This document shows, one piece after another, positions 20,258-31,229 of a DNA stretch of 64,000 bases (the stretch's first letter is position 1; every line of letters starts with the position of its first letter). The position numbers and the translations under genes were made by a program. This DNA comes from Candidatus Marinacidobacterales bacterium (GTDB lineage Bacteria > Acidobacteriota > Vicinamibacteria > Marinacidobacterales > DATDRI01): assembly GCA_965219415.1 (NCBI GenBank), contig OZ244742.1, forward strand, positions 1,024,001 through 1,088,000, given 5' to 3'. The notes under the pieces were generated by a model. The model did not search any database. It worked only from the letters and a program-made list of their open reading frames with translations, and was not told the origin of the DNA.

Positions 20258-22416
20258 ATGAAGACTGATACAAGTGCCACCCGCTTGGTGAGCCGAACGC
20301 TACGGCCGCTGGGTGGTTAAATGGCGATGGCCGGTCCTAGTCACGGTCCTCGCACTCTCCTTCTTAGCCACCGCCGGTGCCCGTCGGCTGGGATTCATCG
20401 ACGAGTACCGCGTGTTCTTCGGTCCCGACAACCCGCAGCTGCTCGCCTTCGACGCGGTCGAGGCCATCTACACCAAGAACGACAACATCCTCATGATTCT
20501 GGAGCCGCCTGACGGCGAAGCCTTCACCAACCAAACGCTGGCCATCGTCGAAGAGATGACCGCTGAAGCCTGGAAGATCCCCTTCGCCATCCGCGTGGAC
20601 TCCCTTTCGAATTTCCAGCACTCCTGGGCCGAGGGCGACAATCTGATCGTAGAGGATCTCGTTCGAGACGCCGAGGCTCTCACACCGGAGGAACTATCGG
20701 CGAAACGGGAGATCGCACTGACCGAGCCGATGCTGTTGAATCGCATCGTTCCCAGCCGCACTCACGTCGTCGGACTCAACATCACCCTTCAGCTTCCCAG
20801 AAAGGAAACCGACGAGACCGCAAGGTCGGTCGCCTTCGCTCGCGAACTCGCGGCACGGGTCGAGGAGGAAAACCCCGGCTTCAAGACGCACATCACTGGG
20901 ATGGCGATGCTCAATAACGCCTTCCAGGAATCGGCGATGAAGGACATGGCAACACTCGTGCCGGCGATGTACCTCGTGATCACTCTCACGATCGTGCTTC
21001 TTCTCCGTTCGGTCTCAGCGACCATCACAAACTCTGGGCGTCATAGCACTTTCGGTCACCAGTGCCCTCGGACTCGCGGGTTGGGCCGGCCTCTCGTTGA
21101 CGCCTCCGTCGACGGCGGCGTTGACGATCATCATGACCCTCGCGGTGGCGGATGCCATTCACATCCTGGTGACGATGCTCAAAGAAATGCGCCACGGAGC
21201 GACCAAGCACCAAGCCGTCGTGGAGAGTCTTCGAGTCAACATGCAGCCGGTATTTCTTACCAGCCTGACGACGGCGATCGGTTTTCTCAGCATGAACTTC
21301 AGCGAGGTGCCGCCGTTCCACGATCTCGGGAACATCAGTGCGACGGGTGTCGCGGCGGCGTGGGTGCTATCGATAACCCTCCTCCCTGCCTTGATGGCGA
21401 TTCTTCCGGTAAAGGTGAAACTCCGCGCCGAACGCACCGCCTCTACGATGGACAAGGTGGCGGACTTCGTCGTCTCTCGACGCCGGCCCCTACTTTGGGG
21501 CGGTGGGCTCGTCGCTCTCCTCATGGCAGCTCTGCTTCCCCTCAACACGCTCAACGACCAATTCGTCAATTACTTCGACGAGTCCATGGCATTTCGCCAG
21601 GACTCTGACTTCGCCATGGAGCACTTGACGCGAGCTTGCCGCGCAATACCTACTCCTCTACGAGATGTCACTCCCCTATGGGCTGGACCTCAACAATCAG
21701 ATCAATGTCGATAAATCGGCTACCAAACTTTCGGTCACCGTCCAGAACATCACGTCGAGGAGCTCATCGGGCTTGTGGAGGCCGGGGAGACCTGGTTACG
21801 AGGCAACGCTCCGGAGCACATGTTCGCGCGCGGCGTCGGCCCCGGTGTGATGTTCTCCTACATCTCGAGCCGCAACGTGAAAAGCATGCTGGTGGGCACC
21901 CTCTTGGCGGCGGGGCTGATCGGGGGAACGTTGGTGCTGGCGCTGAGGAGCGTGAAGTACGGCCTCATGAGCTTCCTCCCCAACCTACTTCCCGCAGCGA
22001 TGGCGTTCGGTCTTTGGGGGCTGTTCGTGGGGCAGATCAACCTCGGACTCTCGATCGTCAGCGGCATGTGTCTCGGCATCGTCGTGGACGACACCGTGCA
22101 CTTCCTCAGCAAGTATCTTCGGGCGCGGCGCGAGAAAAAGCTCAGTTCCGAACAAGCCGTTCGTTACGCCTTCTCGACGGTCGGCACCGCCCTGGTCGTG
22201 ACCTCGATCATCTTGGCGGCCGGATTCTCAATCCTGGCCCAGTCCACTTTCAGCTTCAACGGAGATATGGGACGAATGTCGGCGCTCATCATCGCCATCG
22301 CCCTCGCGGCCGACTTGTTGCTCTTACCCCCGATGCTCATGCAAATCGATCGACCCAAAGACGCGCGAGCTTCCAATATGGAGGAATTGAACGATGAATA
22401 CCAAGCAGCCAGCTAA
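20258..22416 (+). CDS. MMPL/RND family transporter (several frameshifts and an internal deletion near 21630)
   Basis: LAVADAIH, TSLTTAIGFLS, GIVVDDTVHF motifs spread over several frames. Confidence 0.85.
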
Positions 22417-23248
22417 GAGCCGAACCCGTGCCGCAGCGCTCACAAGAGATGACTGGAGACCTTTCTTCTACCTCGTAGCGTTGGCATTGCTTATCGCCGC
22501 CTTTGCATCCAGTCTTTCCGCCACCAGTGCCGACGAAGAGCGCGGTCGCGAAATCGCACTCGAGTGGGACGAGCGCGACACCGGCTGGAGCGACCAGCGG
22601 AGCGAGATCCGGATGGTTCTCCGGAATCGACACGGCGAGGAGAGCACCCGTGAGCTTCGTAGTCGACTCCTCGAGGTCGATGGCGACGGCGACAAGCTGC
22701 TGGTAATCTTCGACCGGCCCCGGGACGTCAAGGGGACCGCCTTCCTTACCTACACCCATCGCACCGGCGCCGACGACCAATGGCTCTATCTTCCCGCACT
22801 GAAGCGCGTGAAGCGCATCTCGTCCAATAACAAGTCAGGGCCGTTCATGGGGAGCGAGTTCGCCTACGAAGACCTTGCCTCGCAAGAGGTGGATAAGTAC
22901 ACGTATCGCTACCTCCGAGAGGACAATGCAAATGACCGCGAGTGTTTCGTGGTCGAGCGCATTCCCGTCGACCAGAACTCGGGCTACACGCGCCACCTCG
23001 TTTGGTACGACAAAGACAAGTATCGGCCGGAGAAGGTCGAATTCTATGATCGGAAGGACGAACTCCTGAAGACACTCACCTACTCCAAGTACGTGCAATA
23101 CCTCGACCAGTACTGGCGGGCCGACGATCTCTTCATGGAAAACCACCAGACCGGAAAGAGCACGTTGCTGTCTTGGAGCCAGTACGAGTTCCGTACCGGC
23201 CTCTCCGACCGAGACTTCGACCGCAACACTCTCAAGCGAGCGAGGTAA
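22394..23248 (+). CDS. Outer-membrane lipoprotein-sorting (LolA-like) protein
   Basis: PRDVKGTAFL, DDQWLYLPALKRVKRI, FMGSEFAYED. Confidence 0.88.
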   Translation: MNTKQPAKSRTRAAALTRDDWRPFFYLVALALLIAAFASSLSATSADEERGREIALEWDERDTGWSDQRSEIRMVLRNRHGEESTRELRSRLLEVDGDGDKLLVIFDRPRDVKGTAFLTYTHRTGADDQWLYLPALKRVKRISSNNKSGPFMGSEFAYEDLASQEVDKYTYRYLREDNANDRECFVVERIPVDQNSGYTRHLVWYDKDKYRPEKVEFYDRKDELLKTLTYSKYVQYLDQYWRADDLFMENHQTGKSTLLSWSQYEFRTGLSDRDFDRNTLKRAR

Positions 23249-23253
23249 GACCC

Positions 23254-24462
23254 ATGACACGCTTCCCGACGAGCAGCCTCATCCTTGGGACGGCGCTTGC
23301 GATGCTCACGCTGGCCGTCATACCGGCCGGCGCCGGCGAGTGGAACGGCAAGGTGTCGTTGGAAGGCCGGCTCTTTCCGCAGAGCGCGCTCAGCACAGAC
23401 TTGTCGGGAAGCAATTTGTCTCTCGCCTTCGAACCGGAGTGGTACCAGGAATGGCAAGACGGACGCCAGCTCTTCCTCTTCGTACCCTTCGTCCGCCTGG
23501 ATCAGAACGATCCACAACGCACGCACTGGGACATTCGAGAGCTTACCTGGCAACTGAACGCCCGCGATTGGGAGCTCCGGGCCGGTGTTCGTCGCGTGTT
23601 TTGGGGAGTGACGGAGTCGAACCATCTCGTCGACATCATCAACCAAACCGACTTGACCGAGAACATCGACGGCGAGGCCAAGCTCGGCCAACCAATGGTG
23701 AATTTCGCCCTGATTCGCTCCTGGGGAACCATCGACTTTTTCACCTTACTCGGCTTTCGCGAACGGAGATTCTTCGGAAGCGATAGCCGGCCTGGCCTAG
23801 CGTTTCCGGTTGACACAGAGAAATCCGTCTACGAGTCGGGTGCCGGCCGGGGCCATATCGACTGGGCGGCCCGCTGGTCCCACGCGCTCGGCCCGTGGGA
23901 CCTAGGCATTTCCCACTTTCACGGTACTAGCCGCGATCCCCGCTTCCTGCCGGAAGTCCGAGAAAACGAGACCGTTCTCGTCCGGACCTACGATCTCATC
24001 GATCAGACCGGACTGGATCTGCAAATGACCCAGGGGGGTTGGCTGTGGAAGGTCGAAGCCATCAACCGCTACGGACAGGGGGATCGGTTCTACGCATTCA
24101 CCGGAGGTTTCGAGTACACCTTCGTCAACGTGAAAAGCACCGGGCTCGACGTCGGTGTTCTGGCTGAATACTCCTTCGACGAGCGAGGTAAGTTGGCGCT
24201 CACACCATTCGACGATGACATCTTCTTCGGAGCGCGCCTCGCCTTCAACGACGTGCAGAGCACTCAGATTCTCACCGGAGCGACGGTCGACCGAGATACC
24301 GGAGCGAGCTTCATCAACGTCGAGGCTAGCCGGCGCTTTGGGGACAGCTGGACGCTGGACTTCGAAGCAAGGACGTTCGTCGGCGTCCCGCGCGAAGACA
24401 TCTTTCTCCACGGAATTCGCAAGGACAGCTATATACAACTCAACTGGTCGTGGCATTTTTGA
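23254..24462 (+). CDS. Putative outer-membrane beta-barrel of the MMPL/LolA-like operon
   Basis: Signal peptide, WGVTES..LVDIINQ, C-terminal aromatic WHF. Confidence 0.75.
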   Translation: MTRFPTSSLILGTALAMLTLAVIPAGAGEWNGKVSLEGRLFPQSALSTDLSGSNLSLAFEPEWYQEWQDGRQLFLFVPFVRLDQNDPQRTHWDIRELTWQLNARDWELRAGVRRVFWGVTESNHLVDIINQTDLTENIDGEAKLGQPMVNFALIRSWGTIDFFTLLGFRERRFFGSDSRPGLAFPVDTEKSVYESGAGRGHIDWAARWSHALGPWDLGISHFHGTSRDPRFLPEVRENETVLVRTYDLIDQTGLDLQMTQGGWLWKVEAINRYGQGDRFYAFTGGFEYTFVNVKSTGLDVGVLAEYSFDERGKLALTPFDDDIFFGARLAFNDVQSTQILTGATVDRDTGASFINVEASRRFGDSWTLDFEARTFVGVPREDIFLHGIRKDSYIQLNWSWHF

Positions 24463-24559
24463 GAACCGAGCCCCAAGCGGGTATGCTCCCATCGCAACAG
24501 AGGAAATCATGAGCTTGCCCGTGAAGGCCAAACGCGGCACGTCGACTCCTTTTGGCCTC

Positions 24560-25040
24560 TCAGGAGCCTTTTCGATCTGACAACAGGCTCCTGCCCTCCA
24601 GCGAGTAGGCCACCAGGTCGGCGACGCCGTCGCCGTTCAGGTCGGTTAACGACTGCAGAATCTTCCCCCAAATCCGTAGTGCAATGCCAGACTTCCATTC
24701 CGTAGTTGTAATTACTCTCGAGGTCCATCGCCGGCCAAGAGCAGATGGCACAGGTTTCGCAGCAATCTGCTACGTCCTGGATAATCCCCGCCAAACCTTC
24801 TTCGTAGTCTTTGTCACGAATCTCTTCCTCCCGGCCGAAGGCGTAGAAGGGACGGAAATCATCAAGCGACCAATCTCTCCAGTCTTGCTCAATCAGGCGC
24901 CCCAGCGCCGATGCCGTTTCATCCACGTTCATGCAGCGCACGTCATCACCCGGGGCGTAACCGACGGTAAACGCGACGGCACAGAGAGCGACACCTGCCG
25001 CCGTGTCATAGATAACTTCGCATCGTGACAACTCCTCCAA
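24560..25040 (-). pseudogene. Gene debris, including an FG-GAP-like fragment
   Basis: DLNGDGVADL in one frame fused to an unrelated ORF. Confidence 0.35.
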
Positions 25041-25301
25041 GACCGACTTCCTAAACGTCTTCCCCTACATACGTGTGGGTTAGCATGCGGAGGTTCCCTC
25101 ATCGCAAGCGTGAACGGCCATGGATTTGCCCCGCAGCCTAACGGCGTGTGAGACCTATCCCGCTTACAGACGACTGCAACTTGGGGCGGTCGCAACCGTC
25201 ACCGGGATCCGCAGCTCCCTCCCCAGAAGCCTGCTTTTCAATTAAGTTGACACAATTCTCTCCCACCCAACACGCGACACGCGAAGCCACGGAGGGTCGC
25301 C

Positions 25302-25837
25302 ATGAAACCGCTATTGTTTGCTTGTACCTGTCTTTTCCTGGCCCGTTGGTCTGGCGAACGCCCAGGCCAGCTCGCCAAGAAAGAAAAAGAGCGCCGGGAG
25401 AAGGCCGACAAGGACGGACCGGTCCGAGTCATCACCGACGAGGATTTGGGAACCGACTCCCCCGAGCCAGAAGACGAAGCCGAGGATATTGAAACGGCAA
25501 CGCCCAGGAAAACGGAATCGTCGGTAGAAGTTTCCGTCCCATCGTCACGAGAACGCATGGCCGGCGACCCATGAAACGAGGTCTTTGCCGGGTTCCGGGA
25601 GGCCTACTGCGAGGCGAGCGAGGCCTTGGAGTTCATGCGTGGTTTTCAAAGACATTGCGAAGAGGGGACCGACCCGCCCCCTCTACCCCGATTGCTGGTG
25701 GCTATTGGATGTTGAACTGCGAAAGGGTACCGGCAGCCATCGACGAGATAAACAACGAGATGAAACAGATTCAGGAGAACTGCTTCGACCAGGCGCGCCG
25801 CACGGGAGTCCTACCAGGGCGAGCGAGATTGAACTAA
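25302..25837 (+). CDS. Secreted hypothetical protein, frameshifted
   Basis: RBS GGAGG, signal peptide, LAKKEKERRE...VITDEDL; C-terminal CFDQARRTGVLPG in another frame. Confidence 0.5.
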
Positions 25838-26132
25838 GCGAAGGTCACCGATAGGCCACAAACGGCGTTTCACTCCGCGGTCACCCGCTTCGCCTGAATC
25901 CATTCGTTCGCCACGCTGCGAAAGATTCCAGCGACCGTTGATTGGGCCACAATTGCGCCATGAAAATCCCCGCGACGTTCTCGTCCGGATCGACCCAAAA
26001 CGCGTAAATCTGAAGCTAATCCCGAAGGCCCAGCCCTTCGGTTTCCGCGAGGTGCTTCCTAGTGGGAGGTACGAAGCGTTTCCACGCGGTGCCGGCAGAA
26101 CGTCGCTGGAGAGAGCGACTAGAGCTCGCATT

Positions 26133-26393
26133 CTAACGGATGGAGCTTTCTTCATGGATGACACTGGCGACTTCTTCGAACGGGTCGAGAACCACTACGT
26201 CTTCGAAATCGCCGTCTCGATCCCGATCGTATTCAATACGGGACCGCCGATTCCGATCATAAAGAATTCTCTTGTCTACAACACCGTCGTTTCGAAATGA
26301 AATGCGGCGTTCCTTGAAGGATCCGTTCTCATACAAAAGCCAATCGTCGATCTGGCCATCGAAATCGAGATCCGAGGTATCTTCGCGTTCGAT
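26133..26393 (-). pseudogene. 3' remnant of a DxDxDG-repeat protein truncated by IS256
   Basis: DLDFDGQIDDW, DRDRDGDFED. Confidence 0.45.
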
Positions 26394-26621
26394 ACCGTTC
26401 GACTCCGGCAGCGAGTGACCAAAGGCGCTGGGTCTCGATCGAAAGCCCTTCTCATGGCTTACAAGCTACTCGACATGGCAAGCCACCGCTGGCGTCGCGT
26501 CAACGCGCCGGGACTCGTAGCTCGTCTTATTCTGGGAGAGAAATTCGTCGACGGACTAAACGAAGAAGCGTGGAACGCCGCCTGACTCAGAAAAGTGATC
26601 CACAACTCTTGACAATATCTC
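26394..26621 (+). mobile_element. IS256-family transposase 3' fragment and right end
   Basis: VRLRQRVTKGAGSRSKALLMAYKLLDMASHRWRRVNA; end CCACAACTCTTGACAATATCTC. Confidence 0.8.
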
Positions 26622-26652
26622 AGGGACACCAATTAACTCCAAAATGGATCAG

Positions 26653-27911
26653 TGAAGTGACCCCGCTTTCGTGGACAGGTTAAGAGTTAGGGATCAAGCG
26701 TCGCGATAGTACCTCCTTTCGAATTGGATAGGCGAGCAATAGTCGATGGCGGAGTGTCGTCGTCGCGGGTTGTACCAGCCTTCGATGAAATCGAAGGTCG
26801 CCATGCGCGCCTCAGCGTGGTAGCGAAACGACCGGCGCTCGATCAGCTCGCACTCGAGCGTCGCGAAGAAGCTCTCGCACATCGCATTGTCGTAACAGTC
26901 CCCGACTGAACCCATCGACGGTCGCACCCCGGCCTCCCGGCATCGCTGGCCGAACGCTAGTGACGTGTACTGCGTGCCCTGGTCCGAGTGATGGATGACG
27001 TCGCCGGGCTTGCGTTGGAACAGCGCCATGTCGAGGGCGCTCAAGACGAGCGACGTCCGCAGGTGGGTAGCCATTGCCCATCCGACGATGCGTCGGCTGA
27101 AGGCGTCCAGCACGACGGCGAGGAACAAGAAGCCCGACCACGTGGGCACGTAGGTGATATCGGCGACCCACAGGCGGTCGGGCCGGTCCACCTCGAAATT
27201 CCTGTCGACGAGATCGGGGGCGGGACGGGCGTCGTCACAGCGAATCGTAGTGTGCGCCCTCTTGCGCCGGTGAACACCTTGAATGCCAGCCTCGCGCATT
27301 AGCCGCGCTACAACGCTTGCGTGAGACGTGGAGCTCGTGTGTCTCTCGTAGCTCGTGGAGAATCCTCGGCGCGCCGTACGTGCTCCGCGACGCGGTGTGA
27401 ATCGCCCGGATCTTCTCAAGCAACTCCGCATCCGACACCGCGCGGGCCGACGGGGCACGCTCAAGCCACGCATAGTAGCCGCTGGCGGAGACGTCCAGCA
27501 GTCGGCACATCGTGGCAACCGGTAGTGAATCCTGGTTCGCCCTCACGAATCGGAAGGCTTCGGTGGTACCGACTCGGTCTCCCGAGCGAACCAGGCCGCG
27601 GCTTTTGAGAGGATCTCCCGCTCCAACCGTAGTTGACGGTTCTCCCGTCGCAGGCGGCGGAGCTCCGCACGCTCCTCACTCGTCAGACCGTCCTGCCTGC
27701 GACCCTCGTCGAGATCCGCCTGGTTCACCCAGTTCCGGATCGTCTGGCCCGAGGGCTCAAACTCTCGCGCCAGCTCTTCGGAGCCGCGGCCAGCTCGCAC
27801 CAGCTCTACCATTTGGCGCCGGAATTCGGCCGCGTATCTGTTTCCCTGCTTTGACATCGTGGACTCCTGTCTCCCAAAGGATTAGGTGTCCACGAAAGCG
27901 GGTCAAGTCCA
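26653..27911 (-). mobile_element. IS3-family element, copy 1 (1259 bp, extra base in orfB near 27313)
   Basis: TG..CA terminal IRs (core CCCGCTTTCGTGGACA); orfA 27543..27857; DDE orfB (WVADITY, HSDQGTQY, NAMCESFF). Confidence 0.95.
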
Positions 27912-27946
27912 AGATCTAGGTTGGGGAACCGTCGGACCATAGGCCC

Positions 27947-28051
27947 GCATAACCAATCGCTGAAGCAGACGGTCGGCCCGACCGTCCCCTCATACGAAAC
28001 CACCTATACTTCGATCTACGTAGCCGACCGCTGCGTAGGTTCTAGTTCGCC
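27947..28051 (+). other. Integron attC site 3 (in the inverted spacer)
   Basis: GCATAAC...CGCTGAAGCAGAC...CCGCTGCGTAG...GTTCGCC; near-identical internally to the reverse complement of 30623-30728. Confidence 0.75.
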
Positions 28052-28238
28052 GGACAGGGCGCAGGACTGATGCGTAGTCGCAGACCCGACGAGCGAAGGG
28101 ATCTGGAGAGCCCGGCGGATGTCATGCCGGAGCCTGCCCATCGGTCTCCAAACTGTCCGAAAGTTGTCCAAAAACTTCCTACAACCCTCTACAATTCTCC
28201 CCAAATCGTGAACCCCGCAGCCGGTCTAACCCTCTGAT

Positions 28239-29496
28239 TGGACTTGACCCGCTTTCGTGGACACCTAATCCTTTGGGAGACAGGAGTCCACGATGTCAAA
28301 GCAGGGAAACAGATACGCGGCCGAGTTCCGGCGCCAAATGGTAGAGCTGGTGCGAGCTGGCCGCGGCTCCGAAGAGCTGGCGCGAGAGTTTGAGCCCTCG
28401 GGCCAGACGATCCGGAACTGGGTGAACCAGGCGGATCTCGACGAGGGTCGCAGGCAGGACGGTCTGACGAGTGAGGAGCGTGCGGAGCTCCGCCGCCTGC
28501 GACGGGAGAACCGTCAACTACGGTTGGAGCGGGAGATCCTCTCAAAAGCCGCGGCCTGGTTCGCTCGGGAGACCGAGTCGGTACCACCGAAGCCTTCCGA
28601 TTCGTGAGGGCGAACCAGGATTCACTACCGGTTGCCACGATGTGCCGACTGCTGGACGTCTCCGCCAGCGGCTACTATGCGTGGCTTGAGCGTGCCCCGT
28701 CGGCCCGCGCGGTGTCGGATGCGGAGTTGCTTGAGAAGATCCGGGCGATTCACACCGCGTCGCGGAGCACGTACGGCGCGCCGAGGATCCTCCACGAGCT
28801 ACGAGAGACACACGAGCTCCACGTCTCACGCAAGCGTGTAGCGCGGCTGATGCGCGAGGCTGGCATTCAAGGTGTTCACCGGCGCAAGAGGGCGCACACT
28901 ACGATTCGCTGTGACGACGCCCGTCCCGCCCCCGATCTCGTCGACAGGAATTTCGAGGTGGACCGGCCCGACCGCCTGTGGGTCGCCGATATCACCTACG
29001 TGCCCACGTGGTCGGGCTTCTTGTTCCTCGCCGTCGTGCTGGACGCCTTCAGCCGACGCATCGTCGGATGGGCAATGGCTACCCACCTGCGGACGTCGCT
29101 CGTCTTGAGCGCCCTCGACATGGCGCTGTTCCAACGCAAGCCCGGCGACGTCATCCATCACTCGGACCAGGGCACGCAGTACACGTCACTAGCGTTCGGC
29201 CAGCGATGCCGGGAGGCCGGGGTGCGACCGTCGATGGGTTCAGTCGGGGACTGTTACGACAATGCGATGTGCGAGAGCTTCTTCGCGACGCTCGAGTGCG
29301 AGCTGATCGAGCGCCGGTCGTTTCGCTACCACGCTGAGGCGCGCATGGCGACCTTCGATTTCATCGAAGGCTGGTACAACCCGCGACGACGACACTCCGC
29401 CATCGACTATTGCTCGCCTATCCAATTCGAAAGGAGGTACTATCGCGACGCTTGATCCCTAACTCTTAACCTGTCCACGAAAGCGGGGTCACTTCA
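28239..29496 (+). mobile_element. IS3-family element, copy 2 (1258 bp, intact orfA 28293..28607 and orfB 28604..29455)
   Basis: Near-identical inverted copy of 26653-27911. Confidence 0.97.
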
Positions 29497-29989
29497 ATCT
29501 AGAATCTCTTCGCCACCTGGATCAAAGTCCAGAGTGAATACGCAACCCCCGCTGTGCAACAGCTCGAACCGGAAGTCGTCTCCAATAGTCATACTGCTGA
29601 AGACAATCAGAATGCAGGCCCCGAACCTGGATGATTCGTCGGTCCTCCGAGAGGTAACCGATGTACTGCCGAATCGGATACTCGTCGGCCTTCGCGCCCA
29701 GTCGACGTTCGACCAAAAGTCGACCCAAAGCGATATCGGATCCGTCCGGTTCCCAATACGGACCTCTGGGCAGGATAGACATCAAGAAATCCGCACGGCC
29801 CGCCGCGAGGCTGTCAGCGCGAAACACCACGGTGTGTGCATCAATGACACGCACGGTATCCCGCTGACCGGGCTCCAAATCCTGGGCCGTCCCTTCTGGC
29901 TCGGCCGTTTTCGGCGGAGCCAAGGCGTCGGTGCAACCGCAATAGAAGAGACCTATCATCAATGCGAACACAGCCGCCGGTCGACTCAC
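29497..29989 (-). pseudogene. Gene-cassette ORF B, putative lipoprotein, interrupted by IS3; last codons lie at 27916-27942
   Basis: ATG follows attC2; lipobox-like FYCGC; YxRQYIGY and GGCVF motifs; frameshift near 29580. Confidence 0.7.
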
Positions 29990-29999
29990 ATCTCACTCC

Positions 30000-30094
30000 G
30001 CATAACGAAAAAGCTCAGCGGCGAGCTGCGCTCGAAATAAGAACAGCCATTCGAAACACCCATCGCCGCTCGTCCGTTGCAGCGCTTGTTATGC
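30000..30094 (-). other. Integron attC site 2
   Basis: Minus strand GCATAACAAGCGCTGCAACGGAC...CGCCGCTGAGCTTTTTCGTTATGC; RYYYAAC/GTTRRRY-type ends; upstream gene's TAA lies in the R'' box. Confidence 0.9.
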
Positions 30095-30610
30095 GCCGCC
30101 AAGTAGGAGCGCTGCCACCCCGATGACGAATACTGCGGCCGAAGCCCCTGTAGCGAGGAGCAGCGCTCTCTTCCACCGAGCCATGGTAAAACCAAAGTAA
30201 TCAGACAGTCGCCTTCCAAAAAGCAGGACCAAGATGACAAGACTAAAGCCGCCCCTGCCTATCGATCGGGCAAACTGGAGAACGATCTGGTCGGGGGATA
30301 CGTCCGCGAGCGACGTGAGCGATGCCAGCACAAAGATGTGATTCAGCACCAGGTAAGAATAGTAGCCGGCAATGAGCCACCAACCCCACTTTCGAGCCTT
30401 CCAAAGGCCAACAGTTCCGGCTGCTATGGCGAGGGCCATGAAGAGCGATCCCAATCGTGAAAGGAGGGGCGTAACTCCGAAGGCACTGGACACACCAGAG
30501 GACCAGCCGATCACGACGCCGCCGATTAGAAGAACGGCGACACCGACGGCGTGAATCACGGTCAGGAACGTAATCAGGCCAGGGCGGTAGTGGCTGGGCT
30601 GGTCAGTCAT
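30089..30610 (-). CDS. Gene-cassette ORF A, integral membrane protein
   Basis: About 5 TM segments; bounded exactly by attC1 and attC2. Confidence 0.8.
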   Translation of the reverse strand: MTDQPSHYRPGLITFLTVIHAVGVAVLLIGGVVIGWSSGVSSAFGVTPLLSRLGSLFMALAIAAGTVGLWKARKWGWWLIAGYYSYLVLNHIFVLASLTSLADVSPDQIVLQFARSIGRGGFSLVILVLLFGRRLSDYFGFTMARWKRALLLATGASAAVFVIGVAALLLGGA

Positions 30611-30622
30611 AAGGTCTGAGGC

Positions 30623-30728
30623 GTATAACGAAAAGCTAAGCAGCGGTCGGCTACGTAGATCGAAGTATAGCTGGTTTCCTATGAGGGTACGGTCGGGCCG
30701 ACCGTCTGCTGCAGCGTGTGTTTTATGC
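30623..30728 (-). other. Integron attC site 1
   Basis: Minus strand GCATAAAACACACGCTGCAGCAGAC...CCGCTGCTTAGCTTTTCGTTATAC; R'' box slightly degenerate. Confidence 0.8.
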
Positions 30729-30843
30729 CACTTAGCATCTGAAGCGGCACCTTCATTTCCACGCTACCCTCCGTCTCTCCCATGGCACGCTCCTCGATAA
30801 TCAGAGTGTCATCTTGGACCCATGCCTTGCGCTGCACAAAGCG

Positions 30844-30955
30844 GAGATATTGTCAAGAGTTGTGGATCACTTTTCTGAGTCAGGCGGCGTTCCACGCTTC
30901 TTCGTTTAGTCCGTCGACGAATTTCTCTCCCAGAATAAGACGAGCTACGAGTCCC
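30844..30955 (-). mobile_element. IS256-family right-end fragment (inverted copy of about 26510-26621)
   Basis: GAGATATTGTCAAGAGTTGTGGATC... matches the reverse complement of the first fragment. Confidence 0.85.
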
Positions 30956-31137
30956 CCCTTTGTGCCAACGTGCGTGAGACAGGGAGACCCTTTGAGTTTA
31001 ATGTAGAGGGCGGAGGAGTGATGTCCCATGAACGCCTCTCCCAGAGAAATGCAGCTTGAGGAAACCTAAGTATGCTCTCATCGAGATCAAGGCAAGTCCC
31101 CCATCGAGAGGGTCATGGACACTGCGAAGGGCCGGCA

Positions 31138-31218
31138 ATTTGGCCGCTCTGGAAGCTTTTCGATCTGACGCCTGAGGGTCGCGGCACCGACTGGTATCCC
31201 AAGCTGTCCTACGATTAG
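31138..31218 (+). pseudogene. C-terminal remnant of a DUF899-like protein
   Basis: IWPLWKLFDLTPEGRGTDWYPKLSYD*. Confidence 0.55.
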
Positions 31219-31229
31219 ACTCCTACTCG

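Noticed and set aside
25135-25240. GCCTAAC as a fourth attC
   Set aside because: No matching GTTRRRY end or paired L boxes found
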